NCBI GenBank assembly: GCA_001600695.1
Contig: BCKQ01000005.1
Coordinates: 1,045,820 to 1,109,819 of the forward strand
DNA length: 64,000 bases
From: Ascoidea asiatica JCM 7603
Lineage: Eukaryota; Fungi; Ascomycota
Direction: 5' to 3'
This document shows, one piece after another, positions 47,098-57,941 of the stretch. The position numbers and the translations under genes were made by a program. Position 1 is the first letter of the stretch. Every line of letters begins with the position of its first letter. A model generated the notes under the pieces. It saw nothing but the letters and a program-made list of their open reading frames with translations. It was not told the DNA's origin and ran no database searches.

Positions 47098-48967
47098 TTA
47101 CCAAGTCAATTTTGAAATTTTGAAATTTTGTTTTTGTGTTTTGTGGTTGAAAAAACGGAGAGGTTAAATGTACCCCCCTCCATAAGAATAAACAGACTTC
47201 TTACGGGTCAGCATTTTTCCCTTAGGAAACAAAGCAAACAATAAGGCTCGATAAATTATTAACAGACTAAAACACCTCAAAGTTACAGGATAATATAAAG
47301 ATATTTTGCTCTTTTTACCCAGGACAGAAGAAAACAAGTTTCTGCAGATTGAAGTTGTATTCAACGGAGTGTGAATGGGTGCGGGAATCGGGTTTTCGGG
47401 GGTGAGGGGTTCCATACCGCAGGCATCCAACAGGCATCCAACATCCACGCAAAATACACCCAACAATAGAGAAAAAAATAAAAAAAATAAAAAAAATAAA
47501 AAAATATAAAAAAAACACTTCCCGAGCCTCCGCCGTCCGGAGCGCAAAACCGTTTGCGGTGGTTTTCTGGCTGCGCTATGGCGGTGCTCTTGCCGTGCAT
47601 TGGCTGCGCTGTAAGAGTTCTTCGGGCCAGCAGTGCAGTATTTCCTTGCGCGTGCTGCGCTTTATTCTTTTACGAGGATTTCTGTGCGCTGTTTCGCCAC
47701 ATCTAAGCTTCGGTGCCACTAAGTTACCTCCCTGAACTCTTACCGCTGCTGTAATATTCTTCCGTACTCAAAAAATGCTTTAGAAAGCACTGAATCTACA
47801 CTGATTATTCAAAGTTTAATTAGTTTAATAATGATTATACTGACTATTTTAGTCATATTAACCATATTAATCATTTCAATTATATTGATATTATTATTAT
47901 CCATATTATCCATTATTTAACCCAAATACTAATCTTAGATATTTTAGATCTTATGAAATATGTAAAAAAAAAAAAAAAACCAAATTCAAAGCTATGGAAA
48001 TTCTTTGAGTTTATTCTTTTAAATCTTTTATAAATCTCAACAAATCGCTACAAATTTCAATAAATTTCTTTAGAAAAATTTATTTTAAAAAGGTAATTTA
48101 TAACTTTGATAAAATTCTTTTAAAGATCAAAAAAAAGTCTCTTAAACGTCTTCAATATTAATTAGCTTTAAATTTAAATTTCACAATAAATATTAAATAT
48201 TATTATTAATAAATATAAATATCAAATTATTAATAATTAAACATTCCTATTTCCGTTTACCAATTATTTCAACTGTAACGTTTATTAAAATCAATAGCCT
48301 TAAATATTCAATTTACTAAAAATTAAATAAAAAGTAATAAAAATTATTTAAAAAAAAAAATTTACTTTTAAATCATTTCTGATACTTATTTGAAAATTTT
48401 TTATTATTAATTTCATTTCATTTCATTTTGAACAAATAATCAAATTAATTCTTCATCTGTCATATTTAAATATCTATTAAAATATTTATTTAAATTTTCC
48501 TATTTCTGTTTCTTTCTTAATTCAAATTCAAATTTAAATTTTTACTTTTAAATTAAATTAAAAATTATTCATAATTTACCAAAATCAATCATAAACTTTC
48601 AAAAACTTTCAAGTCAAATATTTTATTAAAAGTACACATAAAATAAGAAAAACAAGAAAACAAAAAAGTAAATTAACTCACTCTCATAATAAACAATAAA
48701 CTAAAACGCATTCAAAGTATTCTTAAACTAATTACTTTTCAATATATTTTCTTTTATCTTAAATATATAAACCAATCTCATTTAATTTTCTTCTTATTCT
48801 TATTCTTATTCTTATTCTTATTCTTAAGCTCATTCTTACTCATACACAATAAATATAATCAATAAAAGAATATATACTTATACATTTACATTTATCAATA
48901 GAAATATATAAATATAAATATAAATATAAATCCTATAATCTAATAGAACTTAATTTAACTCTCAATA

Positions 48968-51247
48968 ATGGAACCTCAAAATTCTGCTCTTTTTTCTTCA
49001 AATGAAGATCAATGGTTAAATGACCTATTATCAAAATCTGATTTCAACCTGGATAATCAATCAAATAATAATATCAATAATAATAATAATATCAACAACA
49101 ACAACAATAATCTCAATCTCAATATCAATAACAATAATAATAACAATAACTACAATAATAATACTAATAATAATATGGATTTAAATAATTTACAACGCTA
49201 TAACTCAAATAATGATGATAATACAATTGATATCAATTCTTTATTTTTTGAAGATAATTTATCAAACTTAAATGCAGATTCAATATTCAATAACAATATC
49301 AATACTACAATCAATGCTAATGGAAATAATAATAATAATAATAATAACAACAACAACAACAACAACAACAATTCAAATTCAAATACAAATACATTCAATA
49401 ATTCATTCATTTCAAAGAATCTCAATAGACAACATTCAAACAACAATAACAATAATAATAATATTAATAACAATTCTGCTTTTAATTCACTCTCAAATTC
49501 TCCAATTTTACATTCAGCTTATCCTTCAATTGTAAATTCATTAACAAATTCTTTAAATAATTCTTTAAGAAATTCTCCAATTATAAAACATGATCCTGAT
49601 GATGATGATGATTTATTACCTTTTTTCACCTTAGATGATTTCAATCCACAATCTAATTCTCAATCAATTTCTCAATCAATTTCTCAATCTTTTCCAAAAA
49701 ATATTAATTCAAATAGTAATTTTAATATAATAAATTCAAAATTAGAATCAATGTTAAATAATAATAATAATAATACACCTAACAATAATAGTAATAGTAA
49801 TAGTAATAATAATATCAATACAAATACCAATACTCCCGTTATTGCCACCGCCTCAAAAAACAAAAACAATAATAGAAATCCAATGTTTTTTGTATCGCCA
49901 ACAAACTCAGATTTACCTTCAAGAGTTAATTCATCAAATACAATTAATAATTTAGATTCTTTTGCATCTTCATTAACATCTAATTCTTCAATAATTAATA
50001 GTATCAATAATAATTTCACTAACAAAAAAATTAATAATATTAATGATAATATAAATAATAATTATAAAGATTTTAATAATCCTTTAAAGAAAACAAAATC
50101 TCAACCATTACCAATAAATAATAATAATAATAATAATTTTCAAATAGCTTTACCAAATTTTGATTCAAGTTTATTTAATTCTAATTTTGGTAATTCAAAC
50201 TCATTAAATTCTTTAAAATCTTTAAATTCTGATAATTCTTCAACTTCAAATTCAACTTCAACCTCAACTTCAAATTCAAATTCAAATTCTTCAAATGATA
50301 TTCAAAATATTAAAATTAAATCTGAATTAGATGCTCAATCTCAATCCCAATCTCAATCTTTATTAATTTCTAAATCTAATTCTCTATCAAATACACCAGA
50401 AACAACTCCTTCAAATTCAAATTCAACTTCAACAACAAATGCTACAAATATTTCAAATATATCAAACTTAGACACTAAATCAAAAACAAAAACATCAACT
50501 AAAGCTTCTACTGCAACTGCCTCATCTGCAAAAGCTGCTAAAAAACCAAAAAAGAAGAGAGCTCCAAGAAAGCGTTTAACTCCATATCAAAAACAAGCTC
50601 ATAATAAAATTGAAAAAAGATATAGAATTAATATAAATACAAAAATTGCAAATTTACAAAGAATCATACCGGGAGTATCAAATGAAAAAACTTCTTTTGA
50701 AACTGCTCATGATCAAAAAGCTAAAGCAATTTCAAATAATTCAAATATTAATTCAACAAATAGTTTAAATAATGATTCAAACAACTCTATTACTAATACT
50801 AATACAAACATTATTGAAGATGATGATGAAGTTCCAAAATTAAATAAATCAATGATTTTAGAAAAAGCTATAAATTATATCAATTTCTTGAAAAATAATC
50901 AAGATAGAGTTACTAGAGAAAAATCATTTTTAATAAGTGAATTAAAAAAATATACAAATAAAGATTATTCTTTAATTCTAAATGATATTCATGAAAATGA
51001 TTCCAATAATCAATCTCAATTTACTTCTAATTCCAATCTAAATTCTGCAAATCAATCGGCTATTCAATCTGCTCTTCAATCTCAAGCTCAAAGTCCAATT
51101 TCTTCAAGTTCATCTCCAGATTCAATCTCAAATCAAATCCCAAGCCCTGATAATTTATTAGGACAATCTCCTTCCAGTCAATTAATGATGAATGATCAAA
51201 GTCAACAACAATCCATCATTAGTCCTTCTAATTTATCCACTCTTTAA
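48968..51247 (+). CDS. TYE7: bHLH glycolytic activator Tye7 with Asn-rich N-terminus
   Basis: RAPRKRLTPYQKQAHNKIEKRYRININTKIANLQRIIP...KLNKSMILEKAINYI. Confidence 0.88.
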   Translation: MEPQNSALFSSNEDQWLNDLLSKSDFNLDNQSNNNINNNNNINNNNNNLNLNINNNNNNNNYNNNTNNNMDLNNLQRYNSNNDDNTIDINSLFFEDNLSNLNADSIFNNNINTTINANGNNNNNNNNNNNNNNNNSNSNTNTFNNSFISKNLNRQHSNNNNNNNNINNNSAFNSLSNSPILHSAYPSIVNSLTNSLNNSLRNSPIIKHDPDDDDDLLPFFTLDDFNPQSNSQSISQSISQSFPKNINSNSNFNIINSKLESMLNNNNNNTPNNNSNSNSNNNINTNTNTPVIATASKNKNNNRNPMFFVSPTNSDLPSRVNSSNTINNLDSFASSLTSNSSIINSINNNFTNKKINNINDNINNNYKDFNNPLKKTKSQPLPINNNNNNNFQIALPNFDSSLFNSNFGNSNSLNSLKSLNSDNSSTSNSTSTSTSNSNSNSSNDIQNIKIKSELDAQSQSQSQSLLISKSNSLSNTPETTPSNSNSTSTTNATNISNISNLDTKSKTKTSTKASTATASSAKAAKKPKKKRAPRKRLTPYQKQAHNKIEKRYRININTKIANLQRIIPGVSNEKTSFETAHDQKAKAISNNSNINSTNSLNNDSNNSITNTNTNIIEDDDEVPKLNKSMILEKAINYINFLKNNQDRVTREKSFLISELKKYTNKDYSLILNDIHENDSNNQSQFTSNSNLNSANQSAIQSALQSQAQSPISSSSSPDSISNQIPSPDNLLGQSPSSQLMMNDQSQQQSIISPSNLSTL

Positions 51248-52121
51248 GTTTTTTTGCTTAATGCTTATTTTAATGTTTTTTTTTTTTCTCTACTTGACTA
51301 TCTATGATTACTTAGTTACACGCTTCAATGGATATTCAATATAACTACATTTAATGAAAAATTAATTGATGAATGATCACTTATTGATTAATAAAATCAA
51401 TTATCAATAACAAAACAACCCAAAAAAAAATTAAAAAATCAATTAAAAAATTTTAAAAAAAATGCAATTTGGAACTTTATTTTTATTTATTTTACTTTTT
51501 TTTTCAATCTTATTCTATTTTGATTTTATCTAAGCATCATTTCTCATTACACTATTTAACCTTATTCCAATTCTAGGAGGCTATTTCTAAATACTTTCAG
51601 CCTTTTTCCTTTTATATTTTTATGTTTTTGTTGCTTCCAAATGTCTTATAAATAATTTCAACTTAATTAAAGCTTTCTGGGATTGCTAGGTTTTCGATTT
51701 TTTTGTTGAAATTCAATTCAACAGACAGGTCTTTCAACAAATTTCAAATTTTTTATTTCATTTTATTTAATTTAGTAAACTTATATTAGTACTATATTCT
51801 TTTATCCTTTCTTCACACTTATAGTGAGTTTCGTTAAGACTTTTATAAATTTAACTTATACATTTTTATTCCAGTTAATTTCACTTTTTATTATTTTTTT
51901 TTTCTTATTTTATAGTTCTTTATATTTTTATTGATAATTTTGAATATAGATTTTTTTAATGATTAATGATGAATTATTTAGAGATTTTATCTAATAAACG
52001 CTTTTTATATAATTATTTATAATATTCATGAAAAAAATATAACTTTATTCGTGTATTAACTAATTGTTTACTATATTGGGCTAAAAATACTTTTGCATTT
52101 ATCGAAAAGAAATTGCTCACT

Positions 52122-52805
52122 TTAGCTTCTTTTGGATTTTTTGACTATTTTCTCTTTCGAAGATTCAACATTTTCCATTTTTCGCTTTTTATCTTTATGT
52201 TTTTTATGCTTTTTAGTTTTGACAATTTCTTTATCATTATCCTTATCTATTGCTTGGATAGTTTCACTTTTTGCTTTGAGACTTTTATCTTTAGAACTTT
52301 TATCTTTAGGATTTTTTGTTTTTTTGGAAATACTATCAGAATATAATGCTAATAAATCGTCTTTCTTTTCTTTCTTTTTCTTTTTTTTATCTTTTTTCTC
52401 TTTTCTAGACTTGGAGCTTGATTTCTCAAACAATTGATCTTTTAAGATCACATTTTTTTTAACTTTTTTTTCTAAAATCAAAGTCCCTTTTAATCCTTCT
52501 CCTTTTACAAACCATTTAGAATACAATGGATTATCTCTCTTCTCCATCGAAGAAGCAATTATTTCATTTTGCTTAAACGTTATTTTTTCTGAACCAGTTT
52601 TGGTATCTGCTGAAACATTTAACTCTAAATTTTTCAACTGTCCATCAAATAGTCTTTCCCACCACATATCTGAATCACCTTGGGTATGTCCAATACCTTT
52701 TTTATCCTTTTTGTGAGCCACTAGGACAGGCCTTTTCAAACCACCTTCTTGAAGTGCTTCTCCCTTTTTCCAACCATAAGACTCTAAATATGCTACACTA
52801 TCCAT
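52122..52805 (-). CDS. TMA23: G-patch-like nucleolar protein Tma23
   Basis: MDSVAYLESYGWKKGEALQEGGLKRPVLV, WWERLFDGQL and a Lys-rich tail. Confidence 0.88.
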   Translation of the reverse strand: MDSVAYLESYGWKKGEALQEGGLKRPVLVAHKKDKKGIGHTQGDSDMWWERLFDGQLKNLELNVSADTKTGSEKITFKQNEIIASSMEKRDNPLYSKWFVKGEGLKGTLILEKKVKKNVILKDQLFEKSSSKSRKEKKDKKKKKKEKKDDLLALYSDSISKKTKNPKDKSSKDKSLKAKSETIQAIDKDNDKEIVKTKKHKKHKDKKRKMENVESSKEKIVKKSKRS

Positions 52806-52843
52806 AATTTCATTATTAAAATATTTTTACTCAGCAAAGTTTT

Positions 52844-52944
52844 AATTTTTCATTTGAAATATAAGAAGTTTTCAAAAAAAAAAACTGAATCAAAATTTAT
52901 ACTTAAAAAAAAAAAAATTTTAAAAACCTTAACAAAATCACGTG
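52844..52944. promoter_or_regulatory. TMA23/PRP24 bidirectional promoter: RRPE-like AATTTTTCA and TCACGTG
   Basis: Motifs at 52844-52852 and 52938-52944, with poly(dA) tracts between them. Confidence 0.45.
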
Positions 52945-53055
52945 TTTATATTTGTTTATCAATGAAAATACTTTAGAGATTGATTAAACTTAAGTTAAGA
53001 ATACTTTCAACTTATAAAAAGGTTTATTTTGAGTTCAATTAAAAGTAACTGTATT

Positions 53056-56001
53056 ATGATGAGTGAATCAGATAAAGATACTTTAATGGCTGATCAATCT
53101 TTGAAAAGTGAAGAAAATGAAAAAGTAATTGCTTTAGAAAATATCGAGAAAAATCCTTTTCTTCGATGGCCTTTTGAGAATGCATTGAGCATTCTCAGAA
53201 AAAATATAAATGAAGAATACAATGATTTAAGATTGGTAAGATTAAACATGCTTGATAAATTTGCACCATCAAAAGATGAAGCAGAATTATGGATAAATGA
53301 TCAATTAATTGCTTTGAAAGGGATTGATCCAAACTTCTTTCAAAATTCAATTCAGATGTTTGAATATATAATAAATTGTTATCCTTCCTACTATTTTTGG
53401 AATCAATATTTAATGTTTGCAATAGAGAACGAAAATTTAACCAATTTACTTACAAGAGACAAAATTAATTTATTATTTGAAGCAGCACTCAAGGATGTTT
53501 CATACGACATTAAAAATAATACCAATTTATGGAAACTTTATTTTAATTATAAGTTCGAGAAAACTGATAGTCCACCTAATTTCGAGGAAATTAAACAGGC
53601 CTATATGGATAAACTATCAATAATTAGTTTAGGTAATAAAGAAATTCTCTCAGAATATTCTTCATTCATTTCTCAAAATAATGCCAATATAAATAATTAT
53701 GAAAAGGAAATGGTTAATGCCAATAAAGTACTTTCAAAATCAATGCAGAATATCCGTTTTTTTGAAAATACAGAATTTCAATTAGAAATGAACCCAAGTG
53801 ACGTATATTTATGGTTAAAATATTTGAGAAAGCAAATTGGAAAGCCAAAAGATAAAAGAGACTTCAAAGTTATTCATTCAACATTCGAAAGAGCTATATT
53901 AGAGTTAGATTCAACAAAAGAAGATGCTATAAATATCTGGATAGAATTTATATATTTCTTATACAATGAATCATCACTAACTCAAGAAAAGGATTTAATC
54001 ATCAGTCTATGTGATCGATTTAGGAAAATTTGCTGGAATTCTTGTATTGCTTTCGATGAATATATAAGAAGCTTAATTTATTGTACTAAGGAAAATTTTC
54101 AAAACAAATTTCAAAATGCTCTTGAATGTTTCAAATCAACTGATACATTCAAATCCAAACAGTATGAAGAGTGGAAACGCATTCCTATATCATTTTTATC
54201 TGTCATATTAAAGAAAATAACCATTAAGCCTGATTCTGATCAAATTGATTTTTATTTAACTAAATTATTTATAGATGGTGATTTTTTTTTTAATTTGGCT
54301 CTTGAAAACAATGACATTTATCATTCTTTTGAAAAATTTCTAATATCTTGTTTATTGAAAATTGATGATAAAGAGGCTGTTGCAATCAAATTAAAAAATT
54401 TGATCAAAAAGTTTTTTAATGAATCTGAAGTTTGGATGTATTATATGGAAATAAGTGAAATAATTTCTGAGGATGAAAATCTGAGTGGAAAAATATTTGA
54501 TGAAGCATTAAAATCATTTAAAAATATGGATTTTCCTGAAAAATTTATAGACCAATTGAGAAGATATAATGATGTCCAGGGTGATAATTGTATACGAGCT
54601 AATATGGAGGTGAAATTAAAAAGAATTCTAGAAGATATAGCTCGAAAAAGAGCTTATGAAAGCAGAATAATTGAAGAAGAGAATATAAAAAAGCCAGAAA
54701 TAGGGCAGAACCTAAATGTTTCAAAAGATTCTGATATTATAATGGAAACTTCAGTAAAACGCAAGATCTCTGAAAAGGAAAAAAATGATGAATATGAGAC
54801 GATTGTCAAAAAGTCAAAGGGTGAAGAAACCAAAGAAATAGAATCAAAACCAAGAAATAGAGAAGATTTCACAATTGGTGTAAATAATTTACCCAGACAT
54901 GTTACTAAAACTAAAATGATCAATTTATTTAAAGATTGTGGAGAAATCAAAGATGTGAAGATAATTTCTTCAGATTCAACTTCTCAAGCAATGATTGAAT
55001 TTAGTTCTGAATCTGCTATACTTTCTGCCTTAACTAAAAGTTATAAAAAAATTGGAAAAAATGAAATTACAGTTTCTAGAATTTCTAATTCAATTGTATG
55101 GGTTGCTAATTTTTCTCCAGCAGATACATCAACATCATTAAAAAACTTATTTTCTAAGGTAGGATCAGTCATTGATATTAGATTTCCATCATTATTATTT
55201 AATTCAAATCGAAGATTTTGTTATATTGAATTTAGTAATTTTGAAGAAGCTAATAAAGCTGTTGAAAAATTTAATGGATATAAAATAAAGGGAGAATCTG
55301 GAATTGAACATGAGTTAATTGTTAAGATATCTAAACCTGAAAATAAAGAATCTAGATCTGGTGCATTGGAAGAAGGAAGAGAAGTTTATGTAAGAAATTT
55401 AGGTTTTTTCAAAACTGATGAGAAGACACTTAAAAAAGTATTTGAGAAATATGGTAAAATTAATAGAATTCATTTACCTTTAAGTAAGAAAAGTAAAGAA
55501 TTAAAAAGATTAAATGATGGATATGGATTTATTTCATTTGATCGAAAAGAAGATGCAGATAAATCACTTGAATTAAATTTAACAAATTTTGAACGTAGAA
55601 TAATTGAAGTTTCAATTGCTTCCAAGGGTAAACAAGAGAAATATTCAAAATCAATTATATTTACAGATAAAGAAAGATCAGAAGAAAAAAAATCAAGTGA
55701 AATTATAAATGCTAAAACAATTTCATTATTAAATATTCCAGAAACTATAAATTCAACATATATTTTAAAAATTTGTGAAGAATATGGATTAATTTTAAAA
55801 GTTGATTTAAGACCAAGTTCTCATGCAGCTATTGTTGAATTTGATAAAGTTGAAGATGCTGGAAAAGCTTCATTAGGATTAATGGGTAAAGAAATTGAAG
55901 GAAAAATTATTACTGTTGGAACTAGAAATGATGTAAAAGTTTTAAAACCTACAAGTTCATTATTTATGCCAACTTCAATAAAGAGAAAAAAAAAAATTTA
56001 A
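53056..56001 (+). CDS. PRP24: U4/U6 recycling factor Prp24, long SART3-like form (HAT repeats plus 4 RRMs)
   Basis: HAT-like W..Y repeats and FERA; RRMs RNREDFTIGVNNLP, RFPSLLFNSNRRFCYIEF, GREVYVRNL and DAGKASL; adjacent to TMA23. Confidence 0.85.
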   Translation: MMSESDKDTLMADQSLKSEENEKVIALENIEKNPFLRWPFENALSILRKNINEEYNDLRLVRLNMLDKFAPSKDEAELWINDQLIALKGIDPNFFQNSIQMFEYIINCYPSYYFWNQYLMFAIENENLTNLLTRDKINLLFEAALKDVSYDIKNNTNLWKLYFNYKFEKTDSPPNFEEIKQAYMDKLSIISLGNKEILSEYSSFISQNNANINNYEKEMVNANKVLSKSMQNIRFFENTEFQLEMNPSDVYLWLKYLRKQIGKPKDKRDFKVIHSTFERAILELDSTKEDAINIWIEFIYFLYNESSLTQEKDLIISLCDRFRKICWNSCIAFDEYIRSLIYCTKENFQNKFQNALECFKSTDTFKSKQYEEWKRIPISFLSVILKKITIKPDSDQIDFYLTKLFIDGDFFFNLALENNDIYHSFEKFLISCLLKIDDKEAVAIKLKNLIKKFFNESEVWMYYMEISEIISEDENLSGKIFDEALKSFKNMDFPEKFIDQLRRYNDVQGDNCIRANMEVKLKRILEDIARKRAYESRIIEEENIKKPEIGQNLNVSKDSDIIMETSVKRKISEKEKNDEYETIVKKSKGEETKEIESKPRNREDFTIGVNNLPRHVTKTKMINLFKDCGEIKDVKIISSDSTSQAMIEFSSESAILSALTKSYKKIGKNEITVSRISNSIVWVANFSPADTSTSLKNLFSKVGSVIDIRFPSLLFNSNRRFCYIEFSNFEEANKAVEKFNGYKIKGESGIEHELIVKISKPENKESRSGALEEGREVYVRNLGFFKTDEKTLKKVFEKYGKINRIHLPLSKKSKELKRLNDGYGFISFDRKEDADKSLELNLTNFERRIIEVSIASKGKQEKYSKSIIFTDKERSEEKKSSEIINAKTISLLNIPETINSTYILKICEEYGLILKVDLRPSSHAAIVEFDKVEDAGKASLGLMGKEIEGKIITVGTRNDVKVLKPTSSLFMPTSIKRKKKI

Positions 56002-56163
56002 TAAAGAATAATAACTGAAATGAATATGTATTAAAGAATATTTATGAAATTTTAATTTTAAAATATGAAAATTGTCTGGAACGTTAAGTATATATTGAAT
56101 GTATTTAATACTTTATAATTTATGATGTATAATGTAGAATATATTTGAATTTGTAAATGTAAA

Positions 56164-56241
56164 TTATAATTTATTTAATAAACCATATTTATTTGTAGCA
56201 CCAAAAGAATTTGAATTTGAATTTGAATTTGAGTTTGATTG

Positions 56242-56274
<33 letters not shown>

Positions 56275-57393
56275 AAAATTTTTTTGAACTTGAATTTTAT
56301 TTAAAAGCCAATTAGTTATAATTTCTGAAACTTGATAATTATAATTAATTTTTTTTTTACTATTTAATGGATAATTATTTGGATTTAATTTTTTATTAAT
56401 TTCATTATCAATATTATTAATATCCATAATACCATAAAAATTATGATCAGCACCATTAATTAAAATTAATTTATTTCTATTTTTTTTAAATAAATTTAAA
56501 TTTTTATTATATAAAAAAGCATCATCAAGTGGTACAATAGAATCTAAAGAACCATAAATACATAAAGTTTTATAATTTAAATTAATATTTTTAACAATTG
56601 ACATATCATGAGAAGATAAATTAATAGTTTCATTTTTTGGTATAAAAATTTTTGAATTATAATTACCATTTCTATAAACTTTAATATAATGACCATTAAT
56701 TTTTGACCATTGATCAGTTAAAATTCCATTTTTTAAAGAATTTTCTAATAATAAATTAGATTGATATCTACCTGAACAATTTATAAGATATGGTAAAGCT
56801 TCATAATCAATTTCATTATTATTATTAATATTTTGATTATTATTTATAATTATATTATTATGATATTTAAGAATCCATTTATAAGAAGCAATTGAAGCTC
56901 TTGAATGAGAAATAATTGAAAAAAGATTAAAATTTATAATAAAATTAGAATTAAAAAATTTTTTAATAAATTCTAAATCTTCAATATCATGATCAATTAA
57001 TCTTCCAATTTTTTCAATATTTTTAATATTATTATTAATTATTGAATCTCCACAATTTTTAAAATCAAATCTGAAAGAGAAAAAATTTAAAAATTTTGAT
57101 AATAATTTTGAAGTTATTGAAAGATAACAATAAGATTTATGACCAGCATAACCATGAGTTATAAAATTTATAAAATTTAAATTTTTATTTAAAATTAAAT
57201 TTTTTTTAATTAATAAAAATTTTTTAAAATCATTTTCATTTTTAATTTTATTATTATAATTTTTTAATAAAAATTCTGGAATTGTTAAAATTCCAACAAT
57301 TCCATCAATATTTAATTTAATTTCATTTGATAAAAGATCATGATTTTTTAAATCTTTTAAATATTTCTTATCATTATAATCTATTAAACCCAT
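56164..57393 (-). CDS. Alpha/beta hydrolase (possibly YDL057W-like), C-terminal NKL
   Basis: Motifs THGYAGHKSY, FDFKNCGDS, SHSRA (Ser), YGSLDSIVP (Asp) and GADHNF (His). Confidence 0.75.
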
Positions 57394-57941
57394 TTTTTTC
57401 GTTTACTACGATATTATTGAAATTATTATTGATATTATTATGGATGAATATTTTACTTGAAATGAGATGAATTATTTTGAGAAAAGTAAGTAAGTAAGTA
57501 AGTAAGTAAGTGATTGAAGAAAACAGATGAATATTGTATCCTTTTTATATTAGAAAGTATTCATTCTTTATATATTTATTCTCATTATTATTGATTTGAA
57601 TTAATTGTGTCTGATTGTAAGAATATTAATAATATTATTGTAAGAATGGTAATGGTAATGGTAATATAATAATTACAATAAACAGGTAACTTTCCTGTAC
57701 AGAGAGAGCTTCTTTTTTTCTTGTTGTTTATTCAATGATTTGTCGAAGCAGTTTAAGCGAGGCCGGAATCAGAGACAACAACGCGGAAACCAATCCGAAA
57801 AGGGGCGGAAAGCAGTCTTTATTTGTCTGTGGTTGAATTTGTTGTATTTGTTTATTTAGCTGATAACTAGATGATAACTAGATAAAGAAGTAACGAAGTA
57901 AAGAGAGAATGAAGTAAAGAGAAGGAAGAAGAGAAGAGAAG

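Noticed and set aside
45388-47600. Short ORFs in the PFK1-TYE7 intergenic region
   Set aside because: Low-complexity, mutually overlapping, with no homology signal; a consequence of GC islands
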